This document shows, piece by piece, positions 26,901 through 37,862 of a stretch of DNA of 64,000 bases (the stretch's first letter is position 1; each line of letters begins with the position of its first letter). The notes below the pieces were generated by a model. It did no database searches. It was given only the letters and a program-made list of their open reading frames with translations, and was not told the origin of the DNA. This stretch comes from Macrostomum lignano (lineage: Eukaryota), in NCBI GenBank assembly GCA_002269645.1, contig NIVC01000647.1, positions 1 through 64,000 on the forward strand, read 5' to 3'. Position numbers and translations under genes: made by a program.

Positions 26901-28985
26901 TATTTTGTTGTAGATTTGTTAATTTTAAAAAAAAATAGATTCATAGCAAATATCATTGTCCGTGACAATTTTACATGAATAAGGTGATTTTTAAAAGTTA
27001 AGAAGGAATTGGTGTTTAAGAAAATGTGCTTTTTTAATTTTTTTCAACTAACTATTTTTGCTCCGTGCTTATTGGGCGCCCCGAAGGGGGGCCGCACTAG
27101 ATTGCTAGTCACCAGACTAAAACGCAACGGGGCGTTTTGGCTCCGCCGCTAATTATCAAGACGACGCCAATGTTAAAAATTAATATAAAGCAGTTATGCA
27201 AGCAGTTGTATTCATTCCGTTGAGCTCTGAGCACGTAACCCGCGTTCACGAATACGCATACACATACAGTGTACATGTATACCCACTGGGCCTTGCGGGT
27301 CGGTACTTCAGGTTGTGAATTGTTTGACAAGCTCTACCTAAGCTGCAGGTGGACTCGACCCCATGGACTCTTCTGCACTGCTCCTGGTTCCCTTCTATTT
27401 TAGACCAGACCAAACTGTTTGTGCTCTGTAAAATCGATGAAAGCAATCGATGCAAGAGCTATTTTTTTAGTCTACAACTCGACAAAAGCTTACTAAAAAT
27501 GCCCTGAACTCACTGCTTCTGTAGCGTCCATGAGGTCAAGCAAATGAAGATATCGTAGGCTCCTCGTTCTTAAACCCTAGAAATGGCTCCATCATTTGCG
27601 GTCCACAAAGTACCCTGTACATGTACACCCTGCGCCAGGGAGTGACTGTTTATCCGAACAATTCGTTTTTGTCATGCAATACGCTGACCCATTCAAATTC
27701 CCGCAGACAGCATCGCCGTCCGCCGCCAGCGGAGAAGCACGGCCTGATCAACTTCGCCAACACAAGCCAGCCAAAGGTCGGCCAGAAGACCATACTGAGC
27801 TACAGCAAAGAGAGCAAAGAGCCGACCAAAGACCTGAAGATGCTGGTGCTGGCGCTCGTAAGACGTCAGCTACGCGACGAGGTGCTGCACATGAGCGAAA
27901 TCGCCATCGAGCAGAACCCGTTCGAGATGGGCAACATGCGGCTGAACAGCTTCATTGCCAACACACCGGATCTCATGGACCATTGGAAGGTAAACCAGGA
28001 GTCTCGGGCTTAACAACGCGGTTTATTGGACTCACTATAGCACAATTTCGTTGACTTTTTAGAAACTTTTATTACAAACGATCTTATCGTTTTAAAGTAC
28101 CCGTGTACTTTGTAAATTGTCAATTGCACTACCATAAGTAATAATAAACGAACTACTAAAGTGCAAAATTAATCTTTTTTCCCAGGTGATGATGCTCGAA
28201 GAGGGTATGCGGTTGATCGACGAGAGCTTCGACGTTGATAATTTATCCTGGGTGGCTCCAGGCCTTGTCGGCAGCGGCAGCACCGACTGGCGCAAGCAGT
28301 TCTCAATGCCGATTGACGAGCTCACCCTGGTGTCGCTACCGCCGGATAAACCCGAGATTAGCCGGTCTCAAGTGGCCACGGAGTACATTCAGGTTGAGTC
28401 CATAAGCTTCTGCTTTATGTTTCTGTTCCTGGATTTCATGAGAGACAAAGTTTCATCGTAAAAGTGTCCTTTTCTCCTCTACGTCTCGTATTGTATCATC
28501 TCAAGCATTCGTCGAACTTGCCGTCCTCCCCTGTCAACCACTTTGAATCTGGACGAAAAAATGCCAAAACAACGAACCATTCAAAGGCTCAACGCGGTCG
28601 CCAGGGCAACGAAGCCGAGGAAGCCGCTCAGCTGTTCCAGAGCGAACTGCTGAAAACCGAGAATGCCGCGGCCGCGCCGCCGGAAACCTTCGAGCGAGTC
28701 TGCAGCAGCTACAAGGCCATCCTGCAGAAGGCGATCGAGATCGAGTACATCGAGGGCAAGCAGGAAACTTGCGATGCAATCGGAAAATACATTGATCAGT
28801 TGAAAAACTCGGTTGAAAAGGTTGTGTCGGAGGCCTTGGCTAACGATATCAAGGACACGCAGAAGCACGGGTCGAATTTTTTGCACAGCCTCATCGGAAA
28901 AATCATGGACGACCTGCACGATGCTCACAAAGACCGAAATTATGAACCGATGAGGATTGTGCTCACTGCGCACAGGCGCGACTGA
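14984..28985 (+). CDS. Unrecognised four-exon gene of about 400 aa with a 12.5-kb first intron
   Basis: Exons 14984-15237, 27707-27989, 28186-28392 and 28506-28985 show GC-rich coding composition and GT/AG boundaries with matching phases (2,0,0). No family recognised. The exon 1-exon 2 link is inferred from phase only. Confidence 0.55.
15347..16370 (+). mobile_element. Older Helitron-like fragment (5' end)
   Basis: A|TCCTCCTTATACTAAAAGTG followed by GTTTGT/GTATGTGT repeats resembles the unit starts downstream. It shares TGAGACTGATACTG with them. 3' end not found. Confidence 0.4.
16373..16402. repeat. Interstitial telomere-type repeat (CCCTAA)x5
   Basis: CTAACCCTAACCCTAACCCTAACCCTAACC read directly. 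Confidence 0.85.
17270..20030. repeat. 22-23 bp minisatellite (AAAGAGCCACCATGTCAAACAT), interrupted at about 18860-19165 by an 18-bp-repeat block
   Basis: Dozens of units read directly. Confidence 0.9.
20195..20530. repeat. 18-bp minisatellite (GGGGGATGCTTGCTATCT); further arrays at about 23567-24090 and 26320-26845
   Basis: Direct read; it explains the GGCLLS/WGMLAI ORFs. Confidence 0.9.
20660..24241 (+). mobile_element. Non-autonomous Helitron-like unit 2
   Basis: Starts TCCTATATACTAAAAATG directly after the CTAG of unit 1. Ends with the same hairpin and CTAG at 24238-24241. Confidence 0.75.
21265..23566. repeat. 22-23 bp minisatellite array in Helitron unit 2
   Basis: Same unit as at 17270-20030; it joins the 18-bp array abruptly at about 23567. 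Confidence 0.9.
24242..27108 (+). mobile_element. Non-autonomous Helitron-like unit 3 (diverged)
   Basis: Starts TCCATATACTAAAAATG with a (GT)n tract. Ends with hairpin GGCGCCCCGAAGGGGGGCC, then CTAG at 27105-27108, followed by T. Confidence 0.7.
24950..26245. repeat. 24-bp minisatellite (CCAAGGATTACTGCACTTGATAAA) in Helitron unit 3
   Basis: Direct read; it explains the KPRITALD ORF. Confidence 0.92.
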
Positions 28986-29089
28986 GTAATGCATAATAAC
29001 GGAAGGGTTATTATGCGTGTAAAAGCCAGCGTGGCATTCAAATATGCTCTAACAGGGCGTGATAGAGCTCCCCAGATTTGACCTTGAAA

Positions 29090-29420
29090 GCTGCCCAGTA
29101 AGGTTGTGGTGGAATCCCGAATTCGACCTTGAAACCTGCCCAGTAAGGGTGTGGTGGAATCCCCCGAATTCGACCTTGAAACCTGCTCAGTAAGGGTGTG
29201 GTGGAATCCCCCAATTTCGACCTTGAAACCTCCCCAGTAGGGGTTTGGTGCAAACTCCCAATTTCGACCTTGAAATCCGAAATCAGTTAAGGTGTGGTGG
29301 AATCCCCCCGAATTTGACCTTGAAATCTTAAATCAGTTAAGGTGTGGTGGGATCCCCCCAAATTTGACCTTGAACTCTGCTGAATGAAGGCGTGATGGAA
29401 AATCCCCCAGATTCGACCTT
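29090..29420. repeat. About 46-bp degenerate tandem repeat (GTAAGGGTGTGGTGGAATCCCCCGAATTCGACCTTGAAA...)
   Basis: About 7 recurrences of GACCTTGAA. Confidence 0.8.
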
Positions 29421-29726
29421 GAAATTCGTTGTTTAGAAACTCCAGCAACACTCGTACGACAAAGTCATAAAAGCCAGATGCTCGATTTATTGCTTCATTC
29501 TCCATCTGCATGTCATAAAGTCCAGACTGTCGCTAAAACCAAACGAGCCAAAAGTGGGACATGCTGTACTTTTAAAGCACTAATTTTTTGACCGGGTGCC
29601 TTTTTTCAACATACTCTTGAGAGACGTGAAAAATAAAGATTCACCCGAGTTTTCCTTTTTTATGCGTTGAATTGCGTCAATGCGTTTGATGTTAAAAAAC
29701 TGCCAAAAACTAGAATTGACCCTTTT

Positions 29727-30270
29727 CAAACCCCAACCTCACACCCTTTACAAACCCCAACCTCACAACCTTTCCGAACCCCAACCTCACACACTTTCCA
29801 AACCCCAACCTCACAGCCTTTCCAAACCCCAACCTCACAACCTCTCCAAACCCAAACCTCACACCTTTTCCAAACCTCAACCTCACAACCTCTCCAAACC
29901 CCAACCTCACAACCTTTTCAAACCCCAACTTCACAACCTTTCCAAACCCCAACCTCACACCTTTTCCAAACCTCAACCTCACACCCTTTCCAAACCCCAA
30001 CCTCACAACCTCTCCAAACCCCAACCTCACACCCTTTCCAAACCCCAACCTCACACCCTTTCCAAACCCCAACCTCACACCCTTTCCAAACCCCAACCTC
30101 ACACCCTTTACAAACCCCAACCTCACACCCTTTCCAAACCCCAACCTCACACCCTTTCCAAACCTCAACCTCACAACCTCTCCAAACCCCAACCTCACAC
30201 CCTTTCCAAACCCCAACCTCACAACCTCTCCAAACCCCAACCTCACACCCTTTCCAAACCTCAACCTCAC
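29727..30270. repeat. 24-bp minisatellite (AAACCCCAACCTCACACCCTTTCC)
   Basis: Direct read. Confidence 0.92.
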
Positions 30271-31851
30271 CTTTTCCAGGCACCCCAGCTTCACACAATT
30301 AAGATAGCTTCGGAAACGTGATAGTTGAGACACCAGAGGTCGACCCTACCCTCTTCTCAATGCATCTAATTTGAAAACTAATTCTCCAAATTAATTCACA
30401 TCCAATGTGGTCCCCAGCGACATTTCAAATAGATTTATCAAGCATCAGAATTTCAGCACATGACTGAAGATCAAAAGAAAAAGAGTTCAAATAAACCATC
30501 AGTGTAGTGTAGGCTATGGGCAACGCCTTAAAGTGTTCACTTACAGCCGCTGTCTGCTAAAGGGGCAAAAGGGGTAGGTTTCTACGGCAACGGCACGAAT
30601 CAGGGTGATGGGAACAAGGCAAAGAAAGAGCGAGAGAGGAGAATTTGAACCGGGATTTCGCACTTAGAGATCAAGCTCTGCTTTTATCCCAGCGATCCGC
30701 TGGGGATTTGGGATTTAAGCTTACGCTGCGGGAATTCATAATGGGATTGGAGAGGGATTTGAGGCGGGCACACGAGCTATGGGGGGGGAGATGAGACTGA
30801 GAGAGGGAGAGAGGGGGAAATCGATGTGGGTTTGTCCAGGGAGTACTAGAGAGAACATCTGGACTGGCTGAGCTTCTAGGGCTAGGGTTTTGGCTGCTAA
30901 ATGAAATATGAAGATCTGACATTTTCAGCCATTTTAGCACTAAATTGAGAAAAGATCAGACGAGACAGAAAAGGAGAATGAATAGAGAAGAGAGGAGATG
31001 AGAGGATCGATGAGATGAGAAATTAAATGGAGAAGAGATAAGAGAAAAGATGAGAGAAGAGGAGAGAATAAAAGAGAGGGAGAGGGGAGAAGAGACTTGA
31101 GAGGAGACCTTGAGCGGGAGTTTTCGGACCCCTGATTTAGACGACTGAGGTTTCAAGCTATAAAAACTGTAAAAACGATAACTTTATTAAAGATCAATAT
31201 GCGTTTTCATATCGCAAAACAAACATTTCGCTTTTCACTTTCTACTGAAGCTCCCAGCCCATCCGGATTTCTAAATCTGCCCCACAGTCCAGGGATGGAT
31301 GAACTTCGTGGCAAGAGTTCTATACTTTTTTTATAATCCCCATGGGCCGCCACCCCTCTGGACTAGAGTTTCCCCAATGCAAAAGCCTCCCCTAACCCGG
31401 CCTCTTTCCGCGCTCGTGTTCCAACAAAAAACACCCAGGAAGTGCTGCAGGAACGCGGGGCATTCCCTGCACCGATGCTTGAGCTCCTCAGGTGCGGCAG
31501 AGGGCCCGACATAGAGCTTGCAGAGCCAGTGAGTGTAGGGCTGCTGGTCTGGGATCTGGCTTAGCTGGGGGGATCGGGCAGAGAGCGCTGGGGACGCTGC
31601 AGCAGTCCCAGCCAATAGCGGCAAATCGCTCAGCCAGAATTTGCCCGATGGGAACTGGGCGGAGAGTGGGAGAATTTCAAGCGGAGAGCATTTTTATTTC
31701 CCATTGACTTCCCTATTCAAATCCCATGGACTGTTGGGCTGAACACTCTGCAAGCTGAACGCCGCATTTTTAGCTTCCCAGATCCCAAGTGCGCCGCTAG
31801 CGCCATCAAGCCCGGAAGCTGACAGTTGCTGCTCAGCCGGCGAGAGAAACG

Positions 31852-32889
31852 ATGCAACGCCTCGAAGCATTCTGCATGCTGGCCATCGTGCCCACCTGCT
31901 GCCTAGCCGGGATGCTGGGCGCCGCTCTCACCATCCGCGTGACGCTGCACAAGTCCATGCGGGGCCACCTCATCAACCGCTGCCTGCTGGCCCTGTCAAT
32001 CATTGACCTGTTCTACCTGGCCACCGCCCTGGCCCACTCGGCTCTGTGCGCCGAATCGATTCTTGCCGGCGAGCACGACGACAATAACGGCGTCGCCATA
32101 GCGGCCGGGCTGCGCCGGTTCCTGCTGCCGTCGCTAGCGAGAGCCTCCCTGCTGGTCATCGTGGTGATCAGCGCCGAGCGGTTCTGCGCCGTCCGCAAGC
32201 CCCGACACCTGCAGGCCGGCAATTCGAGGAAGTCGACAGTGCACGTCGCCCTCAGCCTGGTGACTGCGGCGCCGTTCCTGTTCTACGGCAGCGAGTTCGC
32301 CAGCGGCCAGCGTCCAGCAGCTGCCGGGCTCGTCATCGCAGAGTCCAACTACTCGGCGCTGTCAACGGCGTTGCCGTCTGTGCACGTCTATCTGACGCCG
32401 TCAGCCGTAGCTTTCGCCGCAGTCGACGCCAGCCTCCGCGGCCTGCCGCTACTGGCCATCCTGCTGCTGAACCTGGGCATCGTCCGACTGCTGCGCGAGT
32501 CGTTCCGTCAGCGCGAGCAGCTGCTGTCCGGCTTCCTGGGCATCCAGCGCGCCCTGATCCGGCCCGGCCACCTGCCGCCGAACGGGCAGAATGTCCTGCA
32601 GCGGCAGCGCAAGACCACCTGCATGCTGGTGTACATGTCCACCTTTCACCTGCTGCTGCTGGTGCCAGCCATTCTGCTCAGCGCCCTGGCCCGGGTTCGA
32701 GTCCTTCGACCGAACGCCCTGCCGTGGTTCGCGCCCTCTGCCGGCCAGCGCGAGCTGGCGAGCCTGGTGGTGGCGCTGGAAGCTGCCAGCTGCTCGTTCA
32801 ACTTTGCCGTCTACATTCGACAGAGCGAGAAATTTCGCAACGTTTTTCTGCAACTTCTCGTGCCGGGCTGCGCCAGCCGCAGAGTCTGA
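31852..32889 (+). CDS. Intronless class A (rhodopsin-like) GPCR, 345 aa, peptide-receptor-like orphan
   Basis: Seven hydrophobic segments. TM2 LSIID, TM3 SAERFCAV (DRY-equivalent), TM7 SFNFAVY followed by helix-8-like SEKFR. Confidence 0.85.
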   Translation: MQRLEAFCMLAIVPTCCLAGMLGAALTIRVTLHKSMRGHLINRCLLALSIIDLFYLATALAHSALCAESILAGEHDDNNGVAIAAGLRRFLLPSLARASLLVIVVISAERFCAVRKPRHLQAGNSRKSTVHVALSLVTAAPFLFYGSEFASGQRPAAAGLVIAESNYSALSTALPSVHVYLTPSAVAFAAVDASLRGLPLLAILLLNLGIVRLLRESFRQREQLLSGFLGIQRALIRPGHLPPNGQNVLQRQRKTTCMLVYMSTFHLLLLVPAILLSALARVRVLRPNALPWFAPSAGQRELASLVVALEAASCSFNFAVYIRQSEKFRNVFLQLLVPGCASRRV

Positions 32890-33009
32890 GCACCGCACCG
32901 CAAGCCGGGGCATCACTGAGGAACTCACAACTTATTACCGTCATCCCAAACCTTCCTTTTGGTCCATTCCGATCTTCTCAGCTCGACTCTCCACTGACTC
33001 ACTCAAACC

Positions 33010-33965
33010 ATGATCCCAATTTCTTCAGGATCTCAACTTCTCCAAGGTCCCAGCTTCTCCAAGATCCCAGCTTCTCCAAATCCCAACTTCTCCAAGGTCC
33101 CAGCTTCTCCAAGATCCCAGCTTCTCCAAAATCCCAACTTCTCCAAGATCCCAGCTTCTCCAAGATCCCAACTTCTCCAAGATCCCAGCTGCTTCTCCAA
33201 AATCCCAACTTCTCCAAGATCCCAACTTCTTCAAGATCCCAACTTCTCCAAGATCCCAGCTTCTCCAAGATCCCAACTTCTCCAAGATCCCAACTTCTCC
33301 AAGATCCCAACTTCTCCGAGATCCCAGCTTCTCCAAAATCCCAACTTCTCCAAGATCCCAGCTTCTCCAAATCCCAACTTCTCCAAATCCCAACTTCTCC
33401 AAGATCCCAAATTCTCCAAGATCCCAGCTTCTCCAAATCCCAACTTCTCCAAGATCCCAACTTCTCCAAGATCCCAGCTTCTCCAAATCCCAACTTCTCC
33501 AAATCCCAACTTCTCCAAGATCCCAACTTCTCCAAAATCCCAACTTCTCCAAATCCCAACTTCTCCAAGATCCCAACTTCTCCAAGATCCCAACTTCTCC
33601 AAGATCCCAACTTCTCCAAGATCCCAGCTTCTCCAAAATCCCAACTTCTCCAAGATCCCAGCTGCTTCTCCAAGATCCCAGCTTCTCCAAAATCCCAACT
33701 TCTCCAAGATCCCAGCTGCTTCTCCAAGATCCCAGCTGCTTCTCCAAGATCCCAGCTTCTTCAAGATCCCAACTTCTCCAAGATCCCAACTTCTCCAAGA
33801 TCCCAACTTCTCCAAGATCCCAACTTCTCCAAGATCCCAATTTCTCCAAGATTCCAACTTCTCCAAAATCCCAACTTCTCCGAGATCCCAGCTTCTCCAA
33901 ATCCCAACTTCTCCAAATCCCAACTTCTCCAAGATCCCAGCTTCTTCAAGATCCCACCTTCTCCA
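33010..33965. repeat. Compound minisatellite built from TTCTCCAAGATCCCAAC/AGC variants
   Basis: Direct read; long ORFs on both strands are repeat artefacts. Confidence 0.9.
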
Positions 33966-34694
33966 AGAGGAGTTTGATTCCAAGCTATGTGTTGATGTTT
34001 CGACTCATTCAAATTAAAAAGAAAATATTACTCCAACTAAGACTGCTGAATTAACCAAAAAGTTTGATACCCTCACTGCCTGGCAACAAAATACTGCCCT
34101 CATATCACATCTGCTAAGTCGCTCTTTCATTACTCGCACCACCTAATTTCTCGAGTTCCAGTTTATTTATTAACTGCTTGAAAAATTCACTGTTGGCTTA
34201 TTCAAAAATAAAATGACATATAGATTTCATGCACTTCGAGACAGCAAAACAAGGTGAAGCCACATTGAGTTTTGCTCCTCAGGAAGTTGGTCGGATTATT
34301 GGAGAGGAAGAGATGCAGCTCATATAAACAGTCGAGTGCCATGGAAAAAATAAGAAAGACAGGCAAAAACTTTGCTCGGAGGAAAATCGATCAGCAGAAG
34401 GAGGATTGGAATTGGCGAGAGGCCTGCCGGACATCCCAGGCTAAAAAGAAGGCAGAGGACCATTTTCCGGGCAAAGGCAAAACACGATGCGAGGGACCTC
34501 TCAGGCTGAAGGAAATTCAATCAAGTGCAGAGCCGGCCGACTCTCCACTGCTGCTCCGCCTGTGTCTCTCAGCATGACTTCGGCCTCAGCTTGTTGTCTG
34601 CGAGTCATCTGAACTGTCTGCTTCTGGTCTGCGCCTCTCTCCCGGCTTTGTGCTCCAGACACTTCCTAATCAGCCCCTAGGCATCTAGTGACAC

Positions 34695-36195
34695 TGCTCT
34701 CTCTTGCACCCATCTCCTGCTCTCTCCCGCTCTCTCCTGCTCTCTCTCGCTCTCTCCTGCTCTCTCCTGCTCTCTCTCGCTCTCTCCTGCTCTCTCCTGC
34801 TCTCTCTCACTCTCTCTTGCTCTCTCTCGCTCTCTCCTGCTCTCTCTCGCTCTCTCCTGCTCTCTCTCACTCTCTCTTGCTCTCTCTCGCTCTCTCCTGC
34901 TCTCTCTCTCGCTCTCTCTCGCTCTCTCTTGCTCTCTCTTGCTCTCTCTCGCTCTCTCCTGCTCTCTCTCGCTCTCTCCTGCTCTCTCTTGCTCTCTCTT
35001 GCTCTCTCTCGCTCTCTCCTGCTCTCTCTCGCTCTCTCCTGCTCTCTCTCGCTCTCTCCTGCTCTCTCTCGCTCTCTCTCGCTCTCTCTCTCGCTCTCTC
35101 TCGCTCTCTCCTGCTCTCTCTCGCTCTCTCTTGCTCTCTCTCGCTCTCTCCTGCTCTCTCTCGCTCTCTCTCGCTCTCTCCTGCTCTCTCTCACTCTCTC
35201 CTGCTCTCTCTCGCTCTCTCTCGCTCTCTCCTGCTCTCTCTCGCTCTCTCCTGCTCTCTCTCGCTCTCTCTTGCTCTCTCTCGCTCTCTCCTGCTCTCTC
35301 TCGCTCTCTCCTGCTCTCTCTCGCTCTCTCCTGCTCTCTCTCGCTCTCTCCTGCTCTCTCTCGCTCTCTCTTGCTCTCTCTCGCTCTCTCTTGCTCTCTC
35401 TCGCTCTCTCTCGCTCTCTCTCGCTCTCTCCTGCTCTCTCTCGCTCTCTCCTGCTCTCTCTCGCTCTCTCTCGCTCTCTCCTGCTCTCTCTCGCTCTCTC
35501 TCGCTCTCTCCTGCTCTCTCTCGCTCTCTCCTGCTCTCTCTCGCTCTCTCTTGCTCTCTCTCGCTCTCTCCTGCTCTCTCTCGCTCTCTCTCGCTCTCTC
35601 CTGCTCTCTCTCGCTCTCTCCTGCTCTCTCTCGCTCTCTCCTGCTCTCTCTCGCTCTCTCCTGCTCTCTCTCGCTCTCTCCTGCTCTCTCTCGCTCTCTC
35701 TCGCTCTCTCTTGCTCTCTCTCGCTCTCTCCTGCTCTCTCTCGCTCTCTCTCGCTCTCTCCTGCTCTCTCTCACTCTCTCGCTCTCTCTCGCTCTCTCCT
35801 GCTCTCTCTCGCTCTCTCTCGCTTTCTCCTGCTCTCTCCTGCTCTCTCTCGCTCTCTCTCGCTCTCTCTCGCTCTCTCTCGCTCTCTCCTGCTCTCTCTC
35901 GCTCTCTCTCGCTCTCTCTCTCGCTCTCTCCTGCTCTCTCACTCTTCCAAACCCTGTCATATCACCCTTCTGTCGCCCTGATTCCCTGTCTCCCTGTCTC
36001 CTTGTCGCCCTGTCTCCCTGTCTCCCTGTCTCCTTGTCTCCTGTCTTCTTGTCTCCCTGTCTCCCTGTCTCCCTGTCTCCCTGTCTCCCTGTGTCCCTGT
36101 CCCCCTGTCTCCCTCTCTCCTTGTCTCCCTGTCTCCCTGTCTCCCTGTCCCCCTGTCTCCCTGTCTCCCTGTCTCCCTGTCAACTCCTTGTCTCC
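34695..36195. repeat. CT-rich 10-bp satellite (CTCTCTCTCG/CTCTCTCCTG) followed by an 8-bp CCTGTCTC array
   Basis: Direct read. Confidence 0.92.
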
Positions 36196-36408
36196 CAGCC
36201 TGGAGAAAAATGAGAAACGCGAGTGCTTCTGTGTGCAGAACTGACGTTTTCTAGAAGTCAAAAAGCGGCAGTAAGAGTTCAGAAATAAATAGAGCGCTTG
36301 GCACAGTAGCGGAAATCGTTTCAACTGTATTCTTGAGCAGCCGTGAACGAGGGTACGTGGTCAGCAAATACAAATATTTCCTCTGATTTTTTGTAAACAA
36401 TGATTCGC

Positions 36409-36662
<254 letters not shown>

Positions 36663-37020
36663 CTGTAAAATTGAAACGCACCCTCGAGCTGAGGCTGGCG
36701 ACGCCTCGCATTGAATTTTCCTTTCAAAGTTCTTCTTTAACCCTCCATGGAGGTGCGGCTCTGGGAACTGGGGAGGCTGCTGGCTGGAAGACTTAAAGTA
36801 CACGAGCTTCATCATTTTCTCAGCTTCCTTTCGCCCATCAGCCAGTCCTTGGTGGCAAAGCAAGATGCAGTGCAGAAGCTGGGGTTGCCATGCCAGAAAA
36901 CGGGGGGATTAGACACGGGCTGATTTCTTTGGGGAAATTCCTGTCAAAGCACTTCCCCGCCCCCAGCCACAATGTAGCATTGGAGACGAGAGGCTAAAAC
37001 TGTTATTTCCTACATAGCGA

Positions 37021-37190
37021 CCCACGGCTGTAGCCAATTGTTTTATGGGATTTTAGAGGGGTGATGGAGGGTAAAATGGGTGCAGCAGACAAACCCAAAT
37101 AATTCAATCGTGCTGCATCGGCGTCGCTATCGCTGGCCAGTTCACGCCTGAGTTGTTGGCCACCCGAGCGACATTTTATTAGGCGAGAGA
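37021..37190. repeat. About 170-bp dispersed repeat; near-identical second copy at about 51990-52157
   Basis: Both copies read CCCACGGCTGTAGCCAATTG...GCTATCGCTGGCCAGTTCACGCCTGAGTTG...TTATTAGGCGAGAGAG in the same orientation, near GA/CT microsatellites. Confidence 0.8.
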
Positions 37191-37309
37191 GAGAAAAAAG
37201 TGCATGCTTGATGGCTTGCACTTTTTCACTGGCGTGTTTTTTACTTCTTAAGTATAACGCTCTGGCAATTGAAGATGCTTTTATTTTGCTAGAGTTGCTA
37301 CAGAAGAGA

Positions 37310-37862
37310 AGGAGAGAGAGAGAGGGGGAGGGAGGGAGGGAGGGAGGGAGGGAGGGGGAGGGAGGGAGAGAGGGAAAGAGGCAGACAGGCAGAAAGAGAG
37401 AGAGGGGGAGAAATGGAGAGAGGGGGAGAGAGAGGGAGAGAGGGAGAGAGGGAGAGAGCGGGGAGGGAGAGAGGGAGTGGCAGAGAGGGAGAGAGGGAGA
37501 GAGGGAGAGAGGCAGAGAGGGAGAGAGCGGGGAGGGAGCGAGGGAGAGAGGGAGAGGCAGAGAGGGAGAGAGGGAGAGAGGGAGAGAGGGAGAGAGGGAG
37601 AGGCAGAGAGGGAGAGAGGGAGAGAGGGAGAGGCAGAGAGGGAGAGAGGGAGAGAGGGAGAGGCAGAGAGGGAGAGAGGGAGAGAGGGAGAGGCAGAGAG
37701 GGAGAGAGGGAGAGAGGGAGAGGCAGAGAGGGAGAGAGGGAGAGAGGGAGAGGCAGAGAGGAGAGAGGGAGAGAGGGAGAGAGGGAGAGGCAGAGAGGGA
37801 GAGAGGGAGAGAGGGAGAGGCAGAGAGGGAGAGAGAGGGAGAGAGAGAGAGAGAGAGAGAGG
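37310..37862. repeat. GA-rich compound satellite; the same motif resumes at about 39806-40080
   Basis: The unit AGAGGGAGAGGCAGAGAGGGAGAGAGGGAG occurs on both sides of the Penelope-like element. Confidence 0.9.

Noticed and set aside
27109-27130. Possible fourth Helitron start (TCACCAGACTAAAA)
   Set aside because: Similarity to the unit starts does not extend beyond about 14 bp.
34272-34660. Coding-looking GC-rich stretch (and similar at 36720-36900, 40276-40647, 46473-46967)
   Set aside because: No recognisable motifs, a coherent exon chain could not be built, and the strand is ambiguous.
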